Below are positions 10,201-20,700 of a DNA stretch of 61,937 nt, piece after piece (the stretch's first letter is position 1; each line of letters begins with the position of its first letter). The position numbers were made by a program, and so were the translations under genes. The notes beneath the pieces were generated by a model. That model saw only the letters and a list, made by a program, of their open reading frames with translations, did not search any database and was not told the origin of the DNA. Source of the DNA: a virus (lineage: Duplodnaviria; Caudoviricetes); IMG/VR virus record IMGVR_UViG_3300034116_000957, positions 1 to 61,937 of that record; one strand, written 5' to 3'.

Positions 10201-11297
10201 AGCTTGAGCAGAATCTGGAGTACGGTATATACACGACAAACCTACCCGTTCTGACTGAGCCAGGCGTACAGAAAAAGGGTGTGTCGTTTACTGTTGGTGG
10301 GCATCAGGACAAAGAGATTGTCCGTGCAATGATCAGCTCGTACGCTGAAAACATACAGCAGAGTAACTCTACATCGACTACCTTGTATGTCCTGAAGGAC
10401 AACAGCTTTAGTACCATTATTGGTTTTGACCCTACTACGTTCACAGTCCAGTTGTGGATTGGAACACCGGGCGCCGGTATTGCTGCCCCTCAGTCACTGG
10501 TAAACGTAGATGGCCAGATCTGCTGGCTTGCCGTAAACGGCGTAGTCCAATACAACCAAGGCCAGTTAGTCCCTAGGTCTAATGAGCTGCGTAAGTTGCT
10601 GTCGCTTGATCCAACTATGCAGGGTCCAGCAAACATATCTAAGACGTATTACCAGCAGTCGTTTGCGGTGTATGCAAACAGGAGGATGATGCTATTCTCC
10701 ACATCAAGCAATGCCGGTGCGGCTAACCAAACAGTCTATGTGTTCGACTCTAGGACAAAGGGCTGGGTCAAGTGGACCACGATTAATAACGAGTCGTTCA
10801 CCTCAGCTTGCGTCCTGTCATTTAGTGACAGCATCCAATACGTCATTGCTGGTGGAACCACTGGTCAGCTTTATAGGCTGGCAGGATCTGCAGATATTCA
10901 GACTGGCGGAACTACGCTTCCTATTAACTGGTCTGTACTTACGAGGCAACATGGTCAAACTTATTCGGAAGGTGTCGCATACCATGCGGCTAACCGCGCA
11001 TATCAGCTTGACCTACACATACAGAATGCGGATGGCGCGACTGTACCTGCAATATCTCCAGTTGGCGTCAAGATTAACTGGCTGGTTCAATCTCAGCTTG
11101 GCTCTGGCACTGGTGGCATATCAGTTGGTGGGTTTTACAGTTTTACTCAAAACGTAAACAGGTCTGCTGCTATACGTAATCTTGGCAAAGACATCAAAGG
11201 CACAGCGTTGCAGATTAAGTTGTCAGGTGAAACAACAGGATTGTTCTATATTCATGCAGTTCATCTGCATTGTTACGACATGGCTATACAGAGGTAA
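7299..11297 (+). CDS. Tail nozzle/stabilisation-type protein (P22 gp10/T7 gp12-like) with large insertions
   Basis: N-terminal F.GIDT...NMWVDG.SLSPRPG and C-terminal beta-propeller-like VYVFDSRTKGWVKW; placed just before ejection genes. Confidence 0.55.
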   Translation: MPDNTRQIGSGTQSYILGDRRFIGIDTNLPPNTLDVGFMQDVTNMWVDGTSLSPRPGWQAETTATLANPIYALIGYRTKDNQDNKVIFVSGNSIYSHTVSSPVTTTNTHLGYGLWPDASQVKLVQHGKYIYGVPGRGTDTGANPAYTGGCVFRTDGANPVEYIPQLESVTTDGESYMQSKANLTGVVVKSIASRTDIDEAYLTAAESAFGKTALSGWPSTWSDNLLKNSTRSPALSPIIPSGDFDGYNDAANSGNADFAADWSSDGGASVKIIGPTGGLAWAQNTNTKILVAPNSSTYTSAVGGTKKAILLDNSGEYIEQTVLNLPYEQWGPATTTTPIGLYNLQWYSFANIVKTEGSVKYSVTVTGLTTAGAEISGCIYSKEYAQAYSLNESDWLLNNIVIDFREFTSQLNKIKIRFQSTAVIKQQDIVIDNIRFHASVAALSTSSDNPLNNAGLVSIKFKQENTNLALRNASYVKNRSIRVLFTSPYKDLTTVDTLSFKWDFETGSVTDTGSYPNIVLGLQKNGSTTVSWSSIGVWDKENRYISFNLFRLSKDEKSNVQYVYVKFLEDVFKSDGTSFGTWEPAFGIGDLVRTGNSMTPDNVYEYAFTRWYPSSLTAKLGPDQLLADGKTSDGYETNISDISNSVFTTAALTSVNLTINPSVTTTGGNYTVDMSKDRHKVVAVTDATDADQHLITHVPAEYQIRLVSSAASPAITYIAMDGTSVTPSWTALSGTSYFYYNIPATASGKIRYVTSVTGQIWIDHYVSYGKVNYFATVSSGNTSISVNTPFAVNDPIVFTTTLGNITGGVTYYVKTTTGSTITISSTVGGAAISPTASTGVGTYATIQRATLAQYSHVLVYRRCNGVFGDGRFRLIAVVPYDPSTTGLQTITGKNWTATYNNSAVTDAGVITLADTVPDSDLLYIPELYQQGHIQEIGRDNLPIGASAVALFQSRLFISKGNVIYGTWELEQNLEYGIYTTNLPVLTEPGVQKKGVSFTVGGHQDKEIVRAMISSYAENIQQSNSTSTTLYVLKDNSFSTIIGFDPTTFTVQLWIGTPGAGIAAPQSLVNVDGQICWLAVNGVVQYNQGQLVPRSNELRKLLSLDPTMQGPANISKTYYQQSFAVYANRRMMLFSTSSNAGAANQTVYVFDSRTKGWVKWTTINNESFTSACVLSFSDSIQYVIAGGTTGQLYRLAGSADIQTGGTTLPINWSVLTRQHGQTYSEGVAYHAANRAYQLDLHIQNADGATVPAISPVGVKINWLVQSQLGSGTGGISVGGFYSFTQNVNRSAAIRNLGKDIKGTALQIKLSGETTGLFYIHAVHLHCYDMAIQR

Positions 11298-11300
11298 TAG

Positions 11301-11720
11301 ATGCCAATATATCCACCAGCTGCTGCTGGTCAAGGCGCGGCAGCAAGCAATGTTCAATACGTAGGCAATAGCCAATCTGTTGAAGATCCAGTTATTGTTA
11401 CGTCACAACCTTGGGATCCATGGGGTACAAACTTTGTTGTATCTAGCGAGATAACAGTAGACTTGCAGCTTGAGTTTGCTCCGATGATTGCGTTAGTAGA
11501 TTGCAATGCAGCAGGCGTCACCATCACTCTGCCAGACCCCGGGACGTTTGAAGGGAAAACTGTTACAATCCAGAAGATGGACGCGACTGCAAATGCCGTA
11601 ACAATAGCTACCGTGAGTGGCACTATTTACGGTGGGTCGTCAACGATTACTACGCAGTACACAGCGCGAGACTACACTGCTGTGAACAATGCTACGTATG
11701 TCGGATGGGTTGGGAGATAA
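11301..11720 (+). CDS. Small tail/fibre-associated protein
   Basis: VDCNAAGVTITLP...GKTVTIQKMDATANAVTI motif common in phage tail proteins. Confidence 0.5.
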   Translation: MPIYPPAAAGQGAAASNVQYVGNSQSVEDPVIVTSQPWDPWGTNFVVSSEITVDLQLEFAPMIALVDCNAAGVTITLPDPGTFEGKTVTIQKMDATANAVTIATVSGTIYGGSSTITTQYTARDYTAVNNATYVGWVGR

Positions 11721-11726
11721 GAAGCG

Positions 11727-12485
11727 ATGTTTGAAGAAGAATACTACGGGAACGCACCCTTGGTTACTGCTGATAATCAAAATTCTAGGATCTCAATGAA
11801 TCCCAGAAACTTTGCGGCAGCTCAATGGCAGAACTTAGGCCCTACCGGACAAGCAGCTGGAATGATCGGCGCTGGCATGGGCCTAATGTCAATGCTTGGT
11901 CGCAGGTCTGGTCCATCACGCTACGAGGTTGAACAAGAAGGCATTGGGCGTGGGTTAATGGGTGCATCTGATGCATACTCTGGTCAGCTCGGCGGCCTTG
12001 GTCAAATGCTTCAAAACCGTGGAATGCACAACATGGACATGTATCGTGACCGATACATGGACGCAATGATGAACCCTAATAATCAACTCTACGACATGGG
12101 GCAGCTTGCAGCAGCAGACACTAACCGTATGCGCGGAATTTCCCAACGCGCAGGAATAACGGGTGGCGGATTGCGATCTGCGCAAATAAATGCAGCTGGT
12201 TACAATCCAGGTTTTGGTGGTGGAGTTGCTGGAATATTATCAGCAGGTCGACAGCGCATGGGTCAGGCGCTTGGCACAGGGGCAAGTTGGGCGCAAGGTG
12301 ATTTTGGTCAAGGTCTTGGACTTGGCCAACAAGCATTTGGCGTTCTGAATCAAGGGCGTCAAGGATTTATTGGTAATCTCAGGTCATTGCAGTCTGCTGC
12401 GGATGCACGCCGTGCTGCTAGTAGCGCATCAATGATGAGTGCCGCAAAGGGCATTGGCTCTATGGCTGGTGGAGGATTTGGTTAA
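11727..12485 (+). CDS. Putative DNA ejection/internal virion protein
   Basis: Gly/Ala/Met/Gln-rich, no Cys, located between tail genes and the giant gene. Confidence 0.5.
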   Translation: MFEEEYYGNAPLVTADNQNSRISMNPRNFAAAQWQNLGPTGQAAGMIGAGMGLMSMLGRRSGPSRYEVEQEGIGRGLMGASDAYSGQLGGLGQMLQNRGMHNMDMYRDRYMDAMMNPNNQLYDMGQLAAADTNRMRGISQRAGITGGGLRSAQINAAGYNPGFGGGVAGILSAGRQRMGQALGTGASWAQGDFGQGLGLGQQAFGVLNQGRQGFIGNLRSLQSAADARRAASSASMMSAAKGIGSMAGGGFG

Positions 12486-14686
12486 TGGAACCCCTGGGAC
12501 TTCTAGGTGCTTTACTAGGTGGATATCAGCAAGGTCGTTTAACTAAGCAGAATCGTGCAATCAAATCTGCTCAGTTGTCGCGTCAACAACAAGAGAATGA
12601 GGCTCTTGCGAAATATCGGGAAGACTCATTGGAGCTGCAGCGTAAGCGCTTAGCAGGAACCGAAGATCCTGTTACAAAAGCTAGGCGAGATCATTTCTAT
12701 AAAGTCATTGGTGCTATTCGACCTGACATTAACAGTCGGACAGATAAGCTATTTAAGTCAGCGCAAACAGTTGATGAGTTAAACAGCGGTTTAGAAGGAA
12801 TACACCGCGAGTACGCTCCACGTATAAAAGGCCTACGTGGCATATATGACAGTTCAGGACTTCAGGACATTGGCAGCTTTGATGACTTGATTTACTCCGA
12901 AGTACCTGACTGGGTTAGGTCTGATAAGTTTGATCCAAACATGGCCCCTCGTCCAGATTTGGACATGGCAACATTTGACAAGCAAATTGCAAATGCTTAT
13001 ACCAACATGTCTAATCGCGGAATTACAGACCCTGCTTTGCAAGAACAAGAACTTGCAGCTGTAGTCAATTCACATGCTGCTAGGACAGGTCGTAGTCCTG
13101 AAAGCTTGTGGAAATATGTCAGCGGTATTCGGCCAAATCAACCAATACAAAGCACGACATATCAAGCGGTTACTGGCCCGTTAACACCCACAAATTTGAT
13201 GGATCCTAGTTTAGGTGCATTTAAAACCAAACAGGATGCAGTAGGCCAATCAGCAACTGAATATAGTCACGCCATGCCTCCAGGCATGACTGGTATGACT
13301 GCGTTCAGAGGCATGCTGAAAGATAGGCACGGTGTTGGTCAAGGCACGTCAGCACAACTTGCTGACGAAATGATGATTGACGACATCGTCACAATGTTTA
13401 AGATTCCTCGTATTGCGCAAAAATACGGATTGAACAATATAGAGGACCCTGTTCAATTTAAACGTGCATTGGAGATGTATTTCAACCCTAACACATTAAA
13501 TGAGTTCAGGGGTGCCGTTAATGAAAGTCAAAACTTTGGCATAGATCCAGAGGGTCAAAGAATTCCAGGTTATTCAAATGACACATATGGAGATTTTTCT
13601 CAGGGCTCATTTGGTAAGGGGCTTTCTGGACTTATAGAACAACAGCCATTAAATGCTCAAACAACAACGTATCAGCCACAAACATACAATGATGTCTCTC
13701 GTATCCCACTAGATATTCAAGATAGAAACGCATTACTACAAGGAGACAAGATACGTCAAGATGTTTCTAATGCAGTAACTAGCGGTGAGTTAAATGCCTC
13801 TCGTTTAAGGGTAGCCCGAGCTACTGAGTGGGCAAAGATATCTGAAGCTGACTTGGATTTACAGTTAAAGGCCCTGAAAGTTGTACTCGATCCGTTGAAG
13901 TATAAACTGGCAGTTGCCAATTTTAACTTAGATGATTGGTACAAGAAAAATCAAATTGGCATTGGAAATAAACGTGCGTCAGCTGACTGGAACCGCATGC
14001 TGATTGATGTTGGCAAACCATTAGGTCAATTATTGGTTAGTGCTGACAATGAAGTTAAATCAGCCGGTATGACTTTAACAACATTATTTAATCAAAACAT
14101 AATGACATCAGCGGTGTTTAAAACAAATCCTACATTATTACAAAAGATTAGTAATGGCGATGATCTAACACCAGCTGAAATGAAGTCAATACAAAGTGAT
14201 CAGTCATTAATGACGAATCAAGCCGTAAGGTTGGCATTAACTAGATACTCAGCAGCCTTAAATGAGCGAAGTGCCGCGAGGTCGGCGATGACTGCATTGA
14301 AGCAACAAAGCATGGCTTTATCTAATCTCAAAGAACCAGTCATCACTGGTAATGCACCTGGAACATGGGATGTAGATGATGTATGGGAAGCTCCTCCTGG
14401 TCTTGATGACGAAACAACTCCAGCACCAGCTCCAGCTCCAGCAGGTGGGGGTAAACCAGCTACAACCCCATCACCTGCAACAAAACTAGCACCGGCAGCA
14501 GCGCCTCCAAAAAACACGTCAAAAGTAGCTACTAACCCAGCAATCATATCTAGCGCACAGGAGAAATTCAAAAAGAAAGGCAGTGGTGGAAAAAGTAATA
14601 CACCCCCGCCGACTCAACCAAAAAATACTCCTAAGACTTCAACAAAAGTAGTTGTTCCTAAAGATGCTTTTGGGCCACCGCCATAA
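12485..14686 (+). CDS. Putative ejection/internal virion protein
   Basis: N-terminal LGALLGGYQQG plus coiled coil; Pro/Lys-rich C-terminus; no Cys seen. Confidence 0.5.
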   Translation: MEPLGLLGALLGGYQQGRLTKQNRAIKSAQLSRQQQENEALAKYREDSLELQRKRLAGTEDPVTKARRDHFYKVIGAIRPDINSRTDKLFKSAQTVDELNSGLEGIHREYAPRIKGLRGIYDSSGLQDIGSFDDLIYSEVPDWVRSDKFDPNMAPRPDLDMATFDKQIANAYTNMSNRGITDPALQEQELAAVVNSHAARTGRSPESLWKYVSGIRPNQPIQSTTYQAVTGPLTPTNLMDPSLGAFKTKQDAVGQSATEYSHAMPPGMTGMTAFRGMLKDRHGVGQGTSAQLADEMMIDDIVTMFKIPRIAQKYGLNNIEDPVQFKRALEMYFNPNTLNEFRGAVNESQNFGIDPEGQRIPGYSNDTYGDFSQGSFGKGLSGLIEQQPLNAQTTTYQPQTYNDVSRIPLDIQDRNALLQGDKIRQDVSNAVTSGELNASRLRVARATEWAKISEADLDLQLKALKVVLDPLKYKLAVANFNLDDWYKKNQIGIGNKRASADWNRMLIDVGKPLGQLLVSADNEVKSAGMTLTTLFNQNIMTSAVFKTNPTLLQKISNGDDLTPAEMKSIQSDQSLMTNQAVRLALTRYSAALNERSAARSAMTALKQQSMALSNLKEPVITGNAPGTWDVDDVWEAPPGLDDETTPAPAPAPAGGGKPATTPSPATKLAPAAAPPKNTSKVATNPAIISSAQEKFKKKGSGGKSNTPPPTQPKNTPKTSTKVVVPKDAFGPPP

Positions 14687-14714
14687 TGTTCAATCATTGC
14701 AGTAAAATGCAGTC

Positions 14715-17700
14715 ATGTCAGACAAAGTTGTATCCGGTGTAAAACTTACAAATAATCGCGATGCTAATATCAATGCGATTCTAAACAAAGCTAAGAACGC
14801 GCAGTGGGCATACAACGACCTGCGCGTTCTTATTAAAGATCTAGAGTCTGTACCAGAGCCTAAGCGCAAAAGCCTGTACGGCATAGACAATGATGATGTA
14901 CAGATTCTTAAAGAAGTTCGCCTTGAAGTTGTTAATGATATTCAAAAACGTGACCGTAAAGGTATCGGACCAGACTTAAACTATTACGGTGAAGACAAAG
15001 CAACGGTAGCTAGACTTGATAAAGAGTACAAAGCTACTAGAGCAAAAGAGAATAAGCGACTAGATCGCATTAATACACAAACACCTATCCAGAAAGCCGC
15101 CAGTTTGATTGGGGGGTTTGGTGAGGGTATCTCACTTGATTCCAGGGCAGCGGCTTATGAAAAATTTGGTGTTCCTGGTTCAACTGCTCTTAACACAGTT
15201 GACCCTGATGATCCATTTGCGTCTGCAGGTTTACGGGGTGGTCATGCGTATGGTCAAGAGTATTTAAATTCAGCTGCAGGTGTGCCTGGTACGCTCCTTG
15301 GTGGCGGTGCTGCAGCTGGAGCCGTTCGCCTTGCTTCTGGATTCTTCCCTCAAACACGACTTGCACAGGGAGCACTTGGTTTGTTGCAAGGCGGAGCTGC
15401 CATATATGGTGGTGCCGAAGGCGGTAAGTTCACATCCGGCTTGGCTCAAAGATTTTCGCCGGGTGCACGTTTAAGTGATGAGACTCAAGCAGCTATATCT
15501 CAGCGTACTGCTGGACCAGAGCGAGGTTTAGCATCTGCTGCTGCTCAAGCTACATTGTTCACACCGTTTTCCAAAAACGCAGAAGGTAGGTTTTCACTTC
15601 TTGAAGGGCAGGGTGTTGTTAAGTCTGCTAAAAACCTATTTACAGGTGGCCCTCAGAAGTTTAACCAAGGCGCACTTGAAACACCTCTTGACATAGCTGG
15701 TCGTGCAGCTGATGCAATGTCAACTAACAGTGAATCAACTGCCAATAACAAAAAGATAGAGGCTAGGTTAGCATCTAGATTTGGCAGACCTGCTACACGT
15801 GAAGAGCTTATTGCTAACGGTTGGATGACGCCAGAAGAGCAGCAGATTCAAATTGGCCTGTCACTTGGTTTAGGTGGATTTACGCGTCATGGTGAAATCT
15901 TTACTGGCAAGCATATATTCAATGCAGCTCAACAAGGAATAAATACACTACAAGACAGAGCTGTTGATCGCGCAAGAAATGCTGCAGGAGCGACTGCGCC
16001 TACGCCACCGCCATCACCAGTCAATCCTGTCACAGGTTTAATTTCAAGACCAAATACTGATAAGTATAAATTCAACATAACTGTCCCTGGTTTAAACCAA
16101 GCTCCTGCTGAGCAGTCTCGTGTGACATTTAGCCCGGGCGTTATGTCTGCAACTGTTGAGCCTCGTGTAGATCGCATACCTGAGCAGTACAAGACGTCAA
16201 TTGCTAAAGAGCTTCGCGATAAGGTTGGTCAGGTCAACGGAGTACTTATCACTGGTGTTAGCGCTGATGGAGACTTCTTCACGCAAACACAACAGATGGA
16301 TGGGTCAACAAAGATCGAGACCAAGTCTTACCAAGAGCTTCCAGATGCCCTTCGCCAGCGTGTTCGACAGGCTATGCTTGGTGTCAAAATTGACGGTCGT
16401 GCCATTGACGCAGATGCAACTTTTGACCCTTCGCGTGGATACACCGGTGAATACAACACAAATATTGATGCTCACCCAGTATACAAAAATCAATTCCCAG
16501 TCAAAGTTGAGATCGACGGCAAAGAAGTTAATGCTGCCGTCATGGAAAAAGTTGGCAACGCTAACGTTCGATTGCAATTACCAAGTGGCAACTCCATTGT
16601 AGTTCCAAGTGCAAGCGTAATTGGTGATGCTACAAATGCGACCGGTGTTCGCAAATCTTCTCCGCCTCGTTTGTCTAAGATTAAAGATGGTCAAGGAAAC
16701 CCAATCGCTTACGAAGATCAAGGAATTGACTTCTTTATTCCTATGGGCCAAGGAGAGCGTAAAGCTGCAGCCGAAACCCCTGGTAGTTGGAAGGAGATGT
16801 TTAAGTTTGACAGGTCAGAATGGGAAGACGTGTCAAATAATGAACTGCAGCCCGGTACCGTTATTAAGTTAGAAAACCTTGGCGCAAATAAAAATATCTG
16901 GGGCGTAGTACTTCGGCCTGAGCAATTTTCGTTTGATGGAGAAGATGCATATGGTTGGCGTGTTCAACCGTTGCACGATCCGCGTGCACCGCAGATTATA
17001 GTTGAGCACACAGGTGTAACGCTTGTTGATCCGAATAATCCTGACGCAATTGAGACGGCAGTTGAAACAGGTGCTCTCGACCCAACAATGGCTGAGTCGG
17101 CTGGCATTAACGCTGATGTTGAATCACCTGCACCTGAGACACAAGTACAAGCAACAGAGGAAGAACAATCTGGAACTCCAGTCGAACTCAAACCAACTGC
17201 TCCGTCAGGCGAAGCTGGTGTAAGCCCAGCAGTTGTTCAAACAACTACTAGTGGGACAGGCGTTGATACAGAAGCACCACAGCCTAGTGCTAGACCTGGC
17301 AGGACAAACGCTTCGCGTGCTGAAGCAGCCGCAACCTCTACAACTCCTACGGAAACAACAGCTGAAGAAGCAAAGGTTGAATCACGACCAACTAGTACAA
17401 CTGAACAACCGCCTCAAGAACAACCAGAGGCGCCACGCGCAACCTCTGAATCTACAACTGGCACAGCAGGTGAAACGTCCACTGCTACTGAAGGACGCGC
17501 AAGTACTGGAAGGCGTCGAGTGGGGAGTAGGTCGGTAGGTACTGTTCAGCCTGAAGACTTTACGTTCAAGTATGGTGAAGAGTTTAAGCAGACCATACCT
17601 GACAAAGACCTACCTGCAGAAATGCGATCAGATCGCAGAACAGATAAGACTGGTCAAGTAAACGCTTATCGCCGTATGACAACAGGCGAGCAAGCTAATC

Positions 17701-20700
17701 GCAAAGGCTCCGACCTAGCAATAATACCTTTTAAAGGTGTGTACGATAACCAGCCGCTGCAGAGACTTGTCAGTGCCTTTACGCTACATGTCGACACAGA
17801 AAAAGGCCAAGAGGCGTGGAATGTCCAAGTCAAAGATGCAACAAAAAATGGCAAATTTGGGCAGGCAGAGTTTAAGCAATTATTAGTTGATGAATGGGGG
17901 CAGACTGACAAGCAAGCTGAAGCGTTATCTAAATACGTTGATCGATGGGCTGTTGGTTGGGCTAAAGAAATCGCAAGATTAAGTGGCTACAACATTAATA
18001 CGGTGGCACGCGCATTGCGTTTAGACACTGACCCAAAAGCGCCGAATGACCTTGAAGATTGGGAGGCATGGAAGTCAAACTACCGTGAGCAACAGGTACT
18101 GGATGTAACCGAGGCTAATAAAAAACTTATAGCAAAACTCGTCGGTGTTTTTTATGCTCAAAGACTTGGTGGAATTGTAGGATTGACGGCTGAGCAACGA
18201 GTGTCTCTTGGTCGACCGGGAGCAACGTTTACTCTACAAGCAAACGGCAACAAGGTAATGCATGTTGCAATGGCTCTCAGAGGCAAGCTCAATTACGTGA
18301 CTCAAGTCCATGAAGTCAACCATCTACTTGTCAGGTCTTTGTATGGCCCGATGTATCACGAGTTGGCGGCATCTATACGCCAATCGTTTGTTATATCTGG
18401 AAATCAGGAAGCTAAAACACGAACTATAACACCAGATGTCGAGGAGCAAATTGTCACATCTCTAACAAATGCCATATTTAATAGCAGTGGTGTTGGTGTC
18501 ATTAAAGAACGATTTACAGAAGGTGGGGCTATCAACGATAGCACGCTAACCCAGATGTTCAATGCTATTGGACAGCAAATGAAGGAATCAATAGTTCCAG
18601 GTGAGACCGAATGGCATAACGACTTAGCAACTAACTCTGGCTGGGCAGTGCGGTTTGACGGTGGGCGTTCATACGCAACAGATACACCTATCCTGTACAC
18701 AATTGCAGTAGATAAGAATCCTGTTCCAGGCGTACTAGTTTCAGATTACAACCCAAATACAGGTGACAGAACAGTAGCAATTAAATACCAAATTGACGGC
18801 AAAGAAAAAACCGAACGTGTTGAATTCAGTCAGTTACGCATTGGTCAATCGTCTGTCACAAACTTGCCTGATGCGGCTCAAAGAATTTTGGCTAAGTGGA
18901 TGAACCACTGGCACGATTGGACTGTTGAACAGATTAATGACTTAGTACCAGAGATAAAGACAGAAAACTTTACACCTATTACACAGCAAGATTTGTTCCG
19001 TAAAAATGTTGGATACCAATGGTGGAGGAATGTCGACGACTATAGGCAAAGGGCTAGGACAACACAAGAAGATGCTAGTAAATTCTCTAACAAAAGAATT
19101 AGAGCACGTAGCACATATAGTTATCTAGGTTGGCTGGATAACCCACAGGGACAGGGTTACAACAGTTATATTGACATCGATGAAATGATGCGAATGGAAA
19201 GAGGTGTCTTATTAGTCAGGACAGATGGCAGAATAATGATAGGTGGAGCAAAGGGTGAATTTCAATTAACACCTGAGCTGATTAAACTTATCGAGAAAGA
19301 AAAAGCTGCGCGTGTAGAAGCTGAAAAGCCAACGCAACCTGAAGCTCCTAAAGCAAAAGTAGAAGACGCAAAGCCAGATAACCAGCCAGAAGCTCCTAAG
19401 ACTAGTAAGCCTAGTCCCGATGCTGAAGCTGGTGTAAATCCAAACGCGCAAGTTACTCCGTCAGATCGTCTCAATACTGCTAGGACGATGATAGATTCAA
19501 CGTTGCCAAGCATTACACAAGCGTTTAAGGCAGGTGACTTTGACAAGGTTAACAGCCTGATGAAACATGCTTTGGAATCCGTGTTGAGGTTGCAAGCTTA
19601 TAACAAAAACGATCACCCTGACCATGCTGCGTCGCACCGGAAATTTGAAGCACTAGTAGACGAAGTGACATCCTTTATTGATGGCGTCAAAGCAGATGTT
19701 GAAGCGGCAAGCGCAGCTAAAGAAGAGATCACCAAGATAAGTGATCAATCTGCAGATGATTTCCTTGATCAACTTGCAAGGCAGTCATCACCTGATACTA
19801 CTCCAGTGTCCCAGGAAGATGCAGACATCTTTGGTGGTGGATGGATGTCTACGTTGGCTAATAAAGAAGACAGCCAAGTTGAGGCCAAAGGTGAAGAGAA
19901 AAAAGAATGGAGGGAGAAGACTGACGAGATACTAAAATCTGGCGTCAAAACACTAATTGATGTGCCAAGTGTCGGTAGGGGTAAGGATAAAAGAACTGAC
20001 ATCAACGCGTGGCAAAACAGAGTTGACGATCTTATAGAAGATGTTGTCACGTCACCTATGACATACGTGTTTGCGAATAGGCGTATACGAGAACAAGCTA
20101 TATTCCACGACGCGCTAACTGGCGTATACATTAGTAAGGACACTACGAGTAAGAATACGCGCATGGGCGATGAGCGTTTTCAACTTAAAAGCTATATTGA
20201 CATTGGTGTCAGGACTAGGTTGACTTCATTAATGCGCACAGTTTCTGCAAAGAACAATGCGCTGTATATGAATATCCAAACTGATGGATATATACATCCA
20301 GTAAAAATAACACCAGATGTTATATATGCAGAGATAGAACGCGCTGTCAGTACTGCAACATCACAAGCAATTGCAGACTATGTGAAGCAAGAGCTTAACG
20401 CTGCGGGCACTGCTCAAGACGCTGTTATAAGGTATATGCGTAGGACAAATAACAATTTTGATGCTGCAGTCGAATTAGCAGTTAGTGCGGCAGCTTTTGG
20501 CAGATGGAAAAGATTTAAACCTGAGAAGCGAAAGTGGATTGATATAAGGACTTTAACAACAGATAGTATTGACCAGCGTAGTTTAGATGCTATTAAAAAA
20601 GCAAAGTCGTCCAATGAAATTATAAAGATTATTCAGGATAATCCAGATCATTTTTACGGAACCATGTTTGCACATTCAGTGGAAGGGTTATTGGATCCAA